Below, one piece after another: positions 1 through 11,019 of a DNA stretch of 64,000 bases. The stretch covers positions 983,066 to 1,047,065 of the forward strand of contig NMRA01000065.1 in the NCBI GenBank assembly GCA_002633005.1. Reading direction: 5' to 3'. Under the pieces are notes generated by a model. It saw only the letters and a program-made list of their open reading frames with translations, was not told where the DNA came from and searched no databases. Made by a program: the position numbers and the translations under genes. The DNA is from Phoronis australis. Lineage: Eukaryota > Animalia > Phoronida. Position 1 is the stretch's first letter. Every line of letters begins with the position of its first letter.

Positions 1-171
1 TAGTCGATTGGCGCCATCTTGACTAGCATTTTGCAGGTCGTAAGCTTTCTTCCACAGCAGCAAGTATCCATTGTGGGCCAGTGATGTAGACGTGGTTTCT
101 GTAAGAACGGGTGGACTGCGAAGAGCAGTCAGTAGTCGATTGCTGATGACTAAACAGCCTCCAAGGAAATC
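1..171 (-). CDS. ESPL1: Probable separase coding exon 3 (runs off the window)
   Basis: Acceptor ttgtccaaacaatag, then an open frame DFLGGCLVISNRLLTALRSPPVLTETTSTSLAHNGYLLLWKKAYDLQ... The segment LAHNGYLLLWKKA resembles human separase VARGSFSLLWKGA (recalled). Phase 0 matches the previous exon. Confidence 0.65.
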
Positions 172-920
172 CTATTGTTTGGACAAATACAAAAGTAAAT
201 TAAACATCTATAAGGCATCATAGGTTTCAATTCATAATAAAACTGATCTTGAAACGAGACTTAGATGAAACTGGACTCACGACTACTATCCTTCCAATTA
301 ATAAACTGTGTCTAGGATGCGCTACAGAAAAATCCTGCAACTACATTTCAGGCTTCTATAAGCCCTCGTTATGTCAAAGATACAAAATTTTGATTCGCCC
401 TACTTAAAATCCGTTCCTTTTTGAGGGGAAAACTTTTGCTGGTCTTGGAAAGAACCGATGGTTGGCTATAGGTTGAGAATATGCTTTGCAACGTGGTGAC
501 AAGCCAATATTTAGCTTGGTCTCAAGTGACAACAAACTGTCAGAGTTCTTTCCAAGGCCATAAATGACATCAATTTGAGTACAGTTGTAACAAGTTGATG
601 TCAAATTCATAACTGTAGGTGGTCAAAATTAAAAGTTATTTCTTGATGGAAGGCGAGTTTACATAAACTTAGTCATAAAATGCTAAGCAACTCACCTCAG
701 GATATAAATCTATTCCTTAAAATCCATCATGGTCAAAATCTGAGACAATTTTTTTGAAAGAATGAGACCGAAGGATTTGCACAAATTTTAAGTTCAAATT
801 CTGGGTCCTATTTTGCAATACAGTTTAAAGTTCAAAAACATTTTTAAGTCTGCTCAGCACACAACCTGTGGCAGCATCTCATGACCAAATGAAAGTCTGC
901 AACCAAAGTCTGAAAACATT

Positions 921-997
921 TCTGCCCCAAGTGCGACTCGAACCTGGAAGCTTCGGCTAGCCATGCTGGCCCCTTAGTACACGGAGCCATTGGGACC
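921..997 (-). mobile_element. tRNA-derived SINE head fragment
   Basis: Minus strand has an A-box-like TGGCTCCGTG and a B-box GGTTCGAGTC at tRNA-like spacing, but no intact cloverleaf. Confidence 0.5.
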
Positions 998-1434
998 ACC
1001 GGTAGAATAAAATCCATATTTATCTACACGTTAAATTTGTTAACTCAAAATAATATTTCGTGAGTCATTGTGATGTTCTTGTGAGATAGTTGTCTGGCAT
1101 GAGCTGTACTGTATTAACTAAGACACTGTTCATTGCCATTTCTAATAACAAAAGGACACTTTACAAACAGGAACACCAGCTACGGTTATTCTGCACAAAA
1201 ACAACTGTCAAAATCGTCATTTTCCCATTTTAAAGGCTGATTAATGCAAGAAAATACCAAAAATTGGTTTATGACATCTACACAGTACAAACTAGCTTGT
1301 AATAGACTAAAATGTTCTTAAACTTTATTTTTGCAGAAAATTTTGACAAAATAGAATTTCACTCGTCAGCCATGTACTCAGTAGTGCTCTAAATAAGTGA
1401 AGAATTATTGTGTAAAGTGTAGTGGTGCACCTAC

Positions 1435-1695
1435 CGCCTTGCAAAGCTTGTTGACCACATTGAGCAGAACCTTTTGCATCGTCAGAGGGTCCTTCAGCTT
1501 CACGTGACCCTTGAGTGACTCCAGAGAGAGGCAGCAGTGGTCAATTGACTCGACCAGTTCCATGTAGTCACTGGCTGCACATGTGTCGCAGGCAGCCATA
1601 CTGTCATACAAAAACTGAATGGCAAACATCCCGTAGGCTGTACGCTGTTTGTTAGACAGAGTGTCAAAGTTGTGCAGCACTGGGCCCAAGTTATC
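1435..1695 (-). CDS. ESPL1: Probable separase coding exon 2
   Basis: ctactacag|GAT...GCG|gtaggt, 261 nt, phase 0/0. Encodes DNLGPVL...MELVESIDHCC...DPLTMQKVLLNVVNKLCKA, which resembles the separase N-terminal LELAELACDGY and PPLYLERILFVLLRN segments. Confidence 0.7.
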
Positions 1696-2483
1696 CTGTA
1701 GTAGAAAAGACACACATAATACAATTAAACATACACAATATAAGATATTTTGGCATGATAACGTCAAACTCACAATCCTAAGTTCTGACTGCACCGGAGG
1801 AACGACAACGCACATTCCATTCTGCAAAAGCAATATGCTCAAAAATCACAAAAATCGTCTGAAACAATGAAAACTTTCTCTTATGGTTAGAAAAAGTTTC
1901 CACTTACTTCAACACTTGGCAGCAAATGGAGGTTGTGTATTGGTGGAGACTGGGGCCGTCCCCCTTTAACCAAAACATTCACAGGGCACATGTAGCTTTC
2001 CCCTCACATGAGTAAGCAGTGCTTGGTTTGGCAACCTACAGCTCGCCAATGTTACTTCGGATTTTGTTTGGCGACTTGGAAAAATCCCAAGTCGCCATGA
2101 AGTTGCCACAGCAACTATCAAAGTCAGACAATAATTCCATCGAAATTCATTTCAAAATTTGTGACCTGACTTCGAAACTTTAAAGTAATAAAATTTTTCC
2201 TGGATTCAATACGTTTAGTTCACAACTGTTGCATTTGCCACCCTCAGAATCGGAGGTAAACAGACAAAGCAGTTTATTAAAACACAACAGAACCACAAAT
2301 GTAACATGCAAATTGTAAAAATCGCAGAAATGAAGAAATTATGCATTTTTGCTACACCATTTTAGCCATCACATAAAAGTCCATCAGCATGGTCACCATC
2401 GCCAACCAAGCTATGTGAACTTTTCTAGCCAGCCAGCTAGCTGTATGAAGACTGCCGTTAAAATACGGCTAGTAAACGAGTCA

Positions 2484-2855
2484 ATATACCACCTGACCCA
2501 CAACTGATTGCAACAAAAGGTTTTGTTGTGGTTTAATACCCTGCTGAGTATACTTATTAACAGGAAAAAAGCCTACCAAAATCTGACAACCAGAAATGGT
2601 TAAAACTGCGTCATTTCCAAGATGGCCGTCACGACGTTTCAAAATCAAGTGCTAAAAACAGATATAGCTTCTTCAATAATTGTGATAGAGACCTAATTTT
2701 TTATTTCAAAATGGCGTGGCAGCCATCTTGGAAATGACGCGGTTTTAACCCATTTTCCGCGGTCAGATTTTGGTAGACTCTTTTCCCGTTCCAGTAGGGA
2801 CTAAAACCGTTGTAAAAACCTTTGTTGCAATTTGTTGTAGGTCGGATGGCTATTT
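2484..2855. mobile_element. Foldback/MITE-like element with ~160-bp imperfect inverted arms
   Basis: For example gcgtcatttccaagatggc pairs with gccatcttggaaatgacgc, and ctaccaaaatctgac with gtcagattttggtag. Confidence 0.65.
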
Positions 2856-3877
2856 CTCATAAAGTGACCCATTCATAGGTACCACTGTGTGTTTTTCTTC
2901 CATAGACCACGAAATTGCACACAGCCAGAGTAGGTCTGCTCGTCAACTCGCAGTGAAACACATAGAGCTAAAGACTGGACGGGGTGCATGCAAAATCTGG
3001 GAATCAAATGACACTCACCTTGCCCGTTACAGCCCTTTAAGTGGAAAACAATCTAATAAACGTAATTTTCTTGCGTAATCCTCCGCCTTTTCCAACACAG
3101 AAAAGTTATGTCATCATTTTGAAAACAGTACGCTCATGACAAGCGCACATGCCATTTCTTAAATTTTTGCGACATCTCCAGGGAGATGATGATAGCTTGG
3201 CAGCAGCAAAATTTCTACTGAAATTTACTTTTTCGGTATCAAATTTCTAAAAACTTATAATGAAGTGAAACCAGTTCCGATAATTTGTTGTGATGTGTAC
3301 GCAACCTCATGAAAGAACAACAGTTGATTGAAGAATCGGGGAAAAAAATGGCCAATAGGTGAGGCAATATTTCATGAGGCCGAAAGCCGACGCAGAAGAT
3401 CGCTCCACAATTTTAGCAGCAGAATAACGATAAAACGCAATTTTTTCCAAAACCAGAAAATAATTTTTTTTTTACTCAAACAAGTGTGTAGTTTTTAATG
3501 ACACTAATTTTGCGTCATATTTTATCTGGTCATTTTTTACCCACATCAGCGCAAAGCTGCATATTTAGTATACAGCTTTGTACCAGTTGGCCAGTTAGGG
3601 GCTACAATACTTCCCATCGCTTTCTGTACGAATTTTGTCCCGTGCACTTTAAACGGGCGGTAGGCCAAATCCTGCTACTGATACATTCCACACTCAAAAC
3701 TATCACTAAACAAGCGCTTACTTTCTTCAGTGGTCCTTTCTACTTCTACACATATCTTCGATGAAGCTTAGTTACGAGAATTAAGATGACTTTGGCGAAG
3801 AATTCCAACTCCACTTTTTTGGTCACCGTTAACCACAAAGTATTTCAACTGAGCCACGTGAGTTAGGCAAAGGTTAG

Positions 3878-5075
3878 GATGCCACAGGCATACAGGGGCG
3901 ATAGTACATCCCCATAAAAAGTTTCGCATTTCAAAATACAGCAAATAAAATCGAATGAAACATGCATAAATGCACATGGAGTTATAATTAACACATACCA
4001 CGACTCTGAATACAATTTAGTCAACATAACTTGAACGTATCCATAAAAATCTGTCGTGGTTCGCTTGAGTTTCTCTCACCGGGTGCCAGGCCTTTATGCA
4101 GCGTACATCCTGGGGCGTCCAAATGGACGCCCTAGCACTAATCTGGACACCCTGGCACAGACGCCCAATGTATCATTTGGACGCCCACTGTCAATAGGAA
4201 CCTTTCAAGTTTGGACTCACACATTGTAATGAATACTAGGAAGCCTCTGAAGGCTCACAGTGGGGGCTCTTTTTTCAAAGCAGGAAGAAATATACAATAT
4301 ATATGCAAAGTATATGCATTGTTGCTATTTTGACACTTGATTGACAGCATTGAAAAAGTCTTGGTCTACACATTTTTTTAGTAAAAATGCTCACCATAGA
4401 AGGCTGTTTTATAAACTTATATGTAAAAACCTTGATCTATGCATTTTTTGTAAAAAAATCTGTGTGTTTGGGGGTATTGCTGGGGGTGGGGGGTTACGCG
4501 TCGGAATCATGGATGCCCTGGAATATTGGGAACCCCATTTTGGACACCCTATTTTCAAAATCCTGGATAAAGGCCTGCCGGATGCCATTTTGAGGAAGTT
4601 AAGAGAATTATCACGCCTGTTAACGAACAAAAAGTCCAAGGGACAAAAAACTCACAAATTCCACCTGATGTCTTCTCATGCTATTTTGCAAGTGTCACAC
4701 GCCAGGTCACACGCTTCACTCAGTTTGCGCTAGCCTTAGCCTAACTCACGTGACTCAGTTGAAATACTTTGTTGTTATCGGGCGGTGAAAAAGTTAACGG
4801 TGACCAAAAAGTGGAGTTGGAATTCTTCTCCAAAGTCACCTTAATTCTAGTTGATATGCTTCATTGTAGAAGCAGAAAGGATCAATGAAGAAATTAATTC
4901 CTTTTTCAAGTGAAGTTTTGAGTGTAGAATGTATTTTTGACGAGGTGAAAACTCTAAATCGGTGGCTGGATTTGGCCTACCGCCCATTTAAAATACACGG
5001 GACGAAATCCATGCAGATAGCGATGGGAAGTATTGTAGCCCCTAACCGGCGAACCGAGGGGCTACGTGTTGCCTA
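3878..5075 (+). mobile_element. TAGGCAA family copy A nested in copy B
   Basis: Matches 28213-28925 in the same orientation and ends gctacgtgttgccta. Flanked by taggcaaagg(t/a)tag at 3864-3877 and 5074-5087. Confidence 0.7.
4087..4577. mobile_element. hAT-type MITE
   Basis: TIR caggcctttat/ataaaggcctg; 8-bp TSD ccgggtgc (4079-4086) and ccggatgc (4578-4585). Confidence 0.8.
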
Positions 5076-5321
5076 GGCAAAGGATAGTGCGAGACTGAGC
5101 GAGAGCTTAAGGCTGGCGCGTGACACTTGCAAAATAGCATGGGAAGGTATCAAGTGAAATTTGTAAGATTTATGTCCCTTGAACTTTTTATTCGTCAACA
5201 TGCATGATTTCACGTAACTTCCTCAAAATGGCACCCACTAAGTGAAACTCGAGCAAAACGCGTCAGATTTTCATCGATTTCTTCAAAATATGTTGACTGA
5301 ATCGTCTCCAGACTTATGGTA

Positions 5322-6137
5322 CAGTCAAGTGACCTAATTATCGGACGTTTGGCACATTTTGCATTATATTTAATTGAAAATATTACGGACTGTTGTATAT
5401 TCTTTGCTGAAATAAAGGTTTACCTTCACGGAATTTTTCTGTTACTATATCTTGTCACTGAAAGTCACATTTATGTTCCGACTGATCTTTAAAGATCACA
5501 ACTAGCAAACCTTCGGAGAACCTAAATATCGGACACCATGTTTCCCATACGCCACACCGCGGAAAACTGACTAACCACGTAATGGCCACTGGCACCTTGT
5601 AGCCAAATTTCAGCTCGACTGTTTTGACATATATGCTGATAGAACACAGGTCCATTCGCAACAAAATTATCCATAAAATGAAATCTGATGACGGCGCCAA
5701 GTCATTTCGATGAATTAGTGCAGACGACTAAAGCACGTGCAAACTCACTGCAGTTTTTAGTATCTCTTTGGCTTCCTGATATGACACCCGCACGTGCGCG
5801 GTCGGGGTTTGACTTGAGTTTAAAAACAAATGAAAAAATGGAACAGTGACATATTGTCAGTTCAGTGAGATGGTTTCATTGTGGAAAAAGATTTTATTTT
5901 CAACTTTTATAACCAATTTATGCGATCGTCCATTTTAGGCTTGGGGGTCTAAATTGCACCCTCTCTCGGTAAAATCAAAACAAGGCAACACTGTAAAAAA
6001 GCGAGACGGTGCCGGACATTGAATGCATTACAACGGAACAAAAATTGGTGTCATTTAATTTTCAGATTATGCTTCAAGTAAGATCTTATGAAATGTCCGA
6101 TATTTAGGTTCCGTCCGATAATTAAGTACACTATGTG
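5322..6137. mobile_element. Tc1/mariner-like non-autonomous element
   Basis: TA on both sides (5320-21, 6138-39) and the host element resumes exactly. TIR core taattatcggacg/cgtccgataatta; inner inverted motif aacctaaatatcggaca/tgtccgatatttaggtt. Confidence 0.7.
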
Positions 6138-6184
6138 TATGTTAATCATAACTCCATGTGCATATATTTTGTTTCATTTGATTT

Positions 6185-6724
6185 TGTAGTGAGCTGAGAT
6201 CACCCGACCCGGGAATCGAACCCGCGACCCCATAAAACCGGCAAGCGTGCTAACCATTCAGCTAGTAGGCAATTGCCTGTTAGCGAGTAGCTAACAAAGG
6301 CTCATAAAGTTCATCAGAAGCACATCTACAACATTCCCCCCTTTCCAACGGAACGGGCACGCGACAGCAAGGTGAACACCAGGATGTCTCGCATACAGGT
6401 CATCAACGTTCCTTGGTACCTTGGCTTTACCACCACAACACAGGTGAACACAAAATCGTCTCTCATACAGGTCCTTGACTCCTGGAACCTTCCATGCGCG
6501 CTGTCCCGAGGTCCGTGGGTAGTAGTTGGCAGTGCTTCATTGGTAGATCATCTGTTTGCCGACTACGCCATTTGTAGTAATAGCCGAGATCACCCGACCC
6601 GGGAATCGAACCCGCGACCCCCATAAAACCGGCAAGCGTGCTAACCATTCAGCTAGTAATAAGCAATTGCCCGTTAGCGAGTAGCTAACAAAGGCTCATA
6701 TAATTCACCGGAAGCACATCTACA
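6185..6724 (-). mobile_element. TRIM (miniature LTR retrotransposon) with tRNA-like LTRs
   Basis: LTRs 6185-6330 and 6573-6724 (TGTAG...CTACA); TSD ATTT; PBS TGGCGTAGTCGGCA (6557-6570), complementary to the tRNA-Ser 3' end; PPT GGAAAGGGGGGAA (about 6334-6346); A and B boxes in each LTR. Confidence 0.9.
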
Positions 6725-6916
6725 ATTTTATTTCCTGTATTTTGAAATTCAAAACTTTTTGCGGGGATGTACTATCGTCCCTGTATGCCTGCGGCATCCA
6801 GGGCGATATAAATTGCCTAGACTCAAGACCAAGTCCAAGGCCACAAGGGCAAGGATAGGATTTTTTGCCTTGAGCACCTAGACCTAGTCAGCACTGTCTA
6901 GGGCCCTCAAACTTAC

Positions 6917-6985
6917 TTGCAGAAGCTTTTTGATTCCAGGTATTTCCCCATTCTTTAAGTGCTTTAGTATATTGTCACTTGCCAT
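6917..6985 (-). CDS. ESPL1: Probable separase coding exon 1
   Basis: ATG GCA...CTG CAA|gtaagt encodes MASDNILKHLKNGEIPGIKKLLQ. Phase 0 joins to the 1695 exon, and it lies next to promoter motifs. Confidence 0.6.
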
Positions 6986-7362
6986 TCTGTAAAAGTTCCG
7001 ATAGGAAAACTAGATTGCAACAGCGACCATCTTCGCAAAGAACCAACAAAACCAAAATTCGAAAATGTCCGCCACAAGGAACAAAATAAACCTTGTATTC
7101 TGATTGGTCAAACGCATTCAAGTATCAAACTTTTAATTCGTAATACTGTAAATCTCGACAACTCACTTAGTTACGTAAATTAAATGATAGAAATTGATAT
7201 TTTTATGAATATAAGTTACATAAATTAATCTTTGCTTGGAGTAAAATGTTTATTCTTGAAATTGTTTAACTTTCTCATTATGTAGGTCGGCATTTCCGGT
7301 AAAGGTGACCGCGGAAAGCAAACGAAAAGAGATTTCGCTAATTCATATTTATTATCAGGGTT
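6986..7362. promoter_or_regulatory. Putative bidirectional promoter ESPL1/CFAP410
   Basis: 377 bp between divergent ATGs. Contains CCAAT (7103-7107, -), GGCGGA-4 nt-TTCGAA CDE/CHR-like (7058-7073, -) and ETS-like TTCCGG/CGGAA at about 7294-7317. Confidence 0.6.
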
Positions 7363-7442
7363 ATGGGCAAATTAACGGAGAATTTGGTTCTCGCGCGATC
7401 AAGGGCGTCCGACTTAGACAATGTTAGGAAGCTCAACTGCTG
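7363..7442 (+). CDS. CFAP410: Cilia- and flagella-associated protein 410 (C21orf2) exon 1
   Basis: MGKLTENLVLARSRASDLDNVRKLNCW versus human [26 protein letters not shown]; donor TG|gtatgt. The six exons total 735 nt = 244 aa + stop. Confidence 0.93.
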
Positions 7443-7550
7443 GTATGTGGCTGAATTTGTTGTGAGATTTTCCATTCAGGCTTCGACTTTTACTCGGGAA
7501 CCCAAGCCAATGCAATGGTCGTCCGCCTTACTTAGTTAAAGCATAAAACC

Positions 7551-7678
7551 GGGCGTGCGTTCAGTAGACGCTAGGACCTATAGCCAAAGCCAAAAGCTAG
7601 TCAAGGTCACGTGCTCTTATTTAAAATACATGGCAATATCTCGCGTAATCTCGCAAAGTCTTGCTTTTAAGCTAGGTA
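7551..7678 (+). mobile_element. Truncated MITE copy (same family as 7884-8023)
   Basis: ggcgtgcgttcagtagacgctaggacct...atctcgc repeated at 7884; absent from the paralogous segment at 9214-9556. Confidence 0.6.
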
Positions 7679-7883
7679 CTCACCCTATTATTGAAGTATT
7701 ATTCCACTTCAAAGTTATGCTCTGAATAGGATTTGATTTAACTCTCACAAATATATATTATTCGTTGATTCAAACGTTTTCTTTTACTTATGCCGAGTTG
7801 TTCAACTGTACATTGCTTTTCGGCAGCCATTTTATAATGACTCCTGGCCTAGGACTATAATGAAAGGGGTTCATATTACTCCT

Positions 7884-8023
7884 GGCGTGCGTTCACTTCA
7901 GTAGACGCTAGGACCTAGCTAAAACCTTGTCAAAGTCACGTGTTTTCATTTAAAATGCACGGCAATATCTCACGTAATCTCGCTAAGTCTTGCTTTTTAG
8001 CGAGGTCCTAGCGTTACTGAACG
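7884..8023. mobile_element. Small MITE
   Basis: TIR ttcagtagacgctaggacctagctaaaa / ttttagcgaggtcctagcgttactgaa. Confidence 0.65.
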
Positions 8024-8171
8024 GAAGGCTGCTACGGTCGTCATATGCTGCCGCCTTTTGAAAGAACAGAAAACCACATAGAAAAAGGCCAAGAAAATAG
8101 TGGAAAGTGGTTTAGAGCAAATTTACTTCAACCACAAACTGTTTTACTAGTATGATATCTATTTTTAAATC

Positions 8172-9585
8172 TAACTAGCCTTGGTCTTCATATAGCCTGT
8201 ATAGTCCGGATACCTATCGTCGTCAGGCTCCAAAGGTCATCTGGCATCTTCTTTCGCGTGCAGCGCAGCCACATGGGACTTAGCGTTCCAATTTGGAGTG
8301 CTCATCTGCACGGAAGGTACTAACCTCTCGGGAGACACGCATGGAAGAACTGAGACTAAAATTAATGCATTTTCCGACTGTTTTTTGAGACCACTTAAAA
8401 ACATGTAGATTTTACTAATGCACTTTTTTGTTCATTTTCAGAAGATATTTTCAAAATTAAATTTTCTTCAGACAGAACAAAAAACAACTCAGGGATTGTT
8501 TATGCAATGTATCTGTTTGTCCCAGGCACTGACCGACACCTGTTAGGCCAAAGGAAAAACGTAGCAGACAAATGGAACACGCTGGGTGCTTAACAGTTTC
8601 GGCCCACACCTTGGTCATCAAAATATTGTCCAGTTGTTTTTTATTGCAAAACAAAGTACTGAGCTCAACATTTATGTTGAAAATTTTGGTTAAAGCATTT
8701 TGAATTTATTTGAAGAAAATTAAAATACTTGAATTGATAGAGAATGGCCACCAATAAAGTAAAACATTGACTTTATTTCACTATATTGCATTGTTACATA
8801 CAACACAGCATGACATAATCAAAAATAAAAGAAGAGATTGAGCAATAAAATTCAAATGCGACTTGGGTATTTATTTATTTATTTATGATTGCATAAGCCT
8901 GTTAAAGGTGAGAAAAAAATCAAACAATACAATATTGGGTAATTTATTAGAACAATTGTATCGAGGTTCAATGATCAACTTGCGCCGACAAAGTCTCAAA
9001 GGGTTATAGTTCTGTTCTGGCTGACAAGATGTTAACAGAGAATGAAGAGGAACTGAAAAGAAAAAGAAAGACAGCAGAGATAAGTGGTGTTAAGTACAAC
9101 AAGAGCAAAAAGTCAATATAAAGAGGTCACAAATACAAAATAAGTAAGGTCTATTTAGAATAAAACAATTGCGATTTATTTTCCAGAACTGAAATTCTAA
9201 ATCAATTTTAATCGATTTAAAAATCGATATCATACTAGTAAAACAGTTTGTGGGTGAAGTAGAATTGCTGTAAACCACTTTCCACTATTTTCTTGGCCTT
9301 TTTCTGTGTGGTTTTCTGTTCTTTCAAAAGGCGGCAGCATATGACGACCATAGGGGTCATTGTAAAATGGCTGCCGAAATGCAATGCACAGTTGAACAAC
9401 TCGGCATAAGTAAAAGAAAACGTTTGAATCAACGAATACTATATGTGAGAGTTAAATCAAATCCTATTCAGAGCATAACTTTGAAGTGGAATAATTGGGT
9501 GAGTACAACAACAAGCCAGTTTATACTTAGGTGGACGACCATTGGGTACCCGAGTATATGTCTGTATGAAGACCAAGGCTAGTTA
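8172..9585. mobile_element. TIR-bounded element carrying an inverted copy of the adjacent intron
   Basis: Perfect 21-bp IR taactagccttggtcttcata (8172-8192) / tatgaagaccaaggctagtta (9565-9585). 9214-9556 is the reverse complement of 7491-8170 minus the MITEs. Confidence 0.65.
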
Positions 9586-9699
9586 AGTCAAGGAGCAAGG
9601 CGGCATATGTATCAGAAAGCATGTTGGAAAACGGACAGTAGTAGCCTTATATTCTGTTGACCTAAAGTAAATGAGCTTAAAGTTGTTGGCTCAAAACCA

Positions 9700-10012
9700 A
9701 AAAATGGCTAAAAACCAAAAAAATCAAATTAGACTTTTACTCACATCTTATTGGTCTTGTAATCTTTCTTACTGTGCGTGATAGGATTCTGTTTCCCTTG
9801 CCAACAATAACATTGAAACCATCAGTGGCTCAACAAAATGCTTCAGAGTTCATTGAGGTTGATCAACTCAAAAATTGTAAAATTGAAAATGGCAAATGTA
9901 AGCACTGCCTTTAACTTGGTAGTGGAAATGGCATCCTGTCAAGGTAAGGGAAATTATGAGACCAATTTTGTGAGAGTAAAAGGCCTAATTTGGTTTTCGT
10001 TTTTAGTCAGCT
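9700..10012. mobile_element. Degenerate MITE with long inverted arms; related sequence at about 40020-40230
   Basis: caaattagacttttactcaca pairs with tgagagtaaaaggcctaatttg; shares gataggattctgttt with 40021. Confidence 0.45.
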
Positions 10013-10953
10013 AAACAAGGCAAAATACAGCTTTTAAAAGCGTCAAACCCTCCATGCCCAGAAATCTCGCAAGGCTGTTAGCTCCGAGGGTGCCTTCTTC
10101 CAATACTTTGCATTGTCAAAACTGAAACCTTGGGCTGATGGAAAATCTGAGTACAATACTGGTGACATCATGGGGATAAGGAATGAGTTTGGTAACTGGG
10201 GGCGGGGGGTTGATTGGAAAATCTGTGGTACTACCTGTGGGGTGGCAGCCAGGGGATTTACCTGTGCCTCCTACCAATTGAACCTGAGACTATATTTTCT
10301 TCACATCTGAGTTTCATTGTTTGGCTTACCTTATGTTTTATGCATATCTTAAATAACGTAGAAAATAAATCCGAAACTAAAAGAGGCGATCCAGATCCTC
10401 TAAAGGATACACTTGTTTGTCGAAAAGTAGAATAAATATTTGTAAATAAAGCAGCAAAAATGGATCAGATGTCAATTATCATATAGTATTTGATTTTACT
10501 TTATTTCTGTTTCTGTTGACGAAGGATGTTATTATATCCGAAAATTTCAGTGATCCATTTTTGTTATTTTATTTATGTATATGTATATGTATGCAAAGTT
10601 GGTTATCGTACACCTTGACAAATTCATCAGGGTCACTTTGCTTTAGTAACCTTGCCAGGCCGATGGTGTCCTGTGAAGGCTGTTTGGTTTATATGTTATT
10701 TACTGTACTACGGATATTGTGAATTACACTTAGTTGCCAAGCATCATACAATTGCCCAATTTATGGAAGTAGTTGCTTGTTGCAATTACTTTCAAGTTGA
10801 AGTCATATTGAGCCCTGCTTCAGTGGGTCTGAAATGATCGCTTCAAAGTAAGATAAATTTAGAATGAAGCAGTTTGTCACATGTTCCCAACCAGATGGTT
10901 TCTGTTTCTTACCAGGCATGAAGATTGCATAAATATGCATTTCTTTTTTTCAG

Positions 10954-11019
10954 GGGAAATGAACTAAACGACATTAGCATTCTACAACAGATGCCTAACA
11001 TTGAAGTGGTTAGCCTAAG
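10954..11019 (+). CDS. CFAP410: CFAP410 exon 2
   Basis: ttttcag|G GGA AAT... encodes GNELNDISILQQMPNIEVVSLS; donor AG|gtaagg; phases consistent. Confidence 0.93.

Larger units (their letters stand above)
3585..6819 (-). mobile_element. Non-autonomous DNA element (TAGGCAA family, copy B), interrupted by three insertions
   Basis: Pieces 6725-6819, 6138-6184, 5074-5321 and 3585-3877 are collinear with the uninterrupted copy at 28193-28925 in reverse orientation. Confidence 0.75.

Noticed and set aside
404-610. 68-aa minus-strand ORF behind an acceptor-like site
   Set aside because: Phase-incompatible with the flanking phase-0 separase exons, and no recognisable homology.
1908-1991. Alternative separase first exon (MCPVNV...LLPSVE|gtaagt, - strand)
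   Set aside because: Phase-compatible but lacks promoter context; the 6917-6985 exon is better supported. Not fully excluded.
3019-3160. Minus-strand exon ending at a gtgagt donor
   Set aside because: Stop codons in all three frames shortly upstream of the donor.
6195-6275. tRNA gene
   Set aside because: A and B boxes are present, but the acceptor and anticodon stems do not pair and the sequence is part of an LTR.
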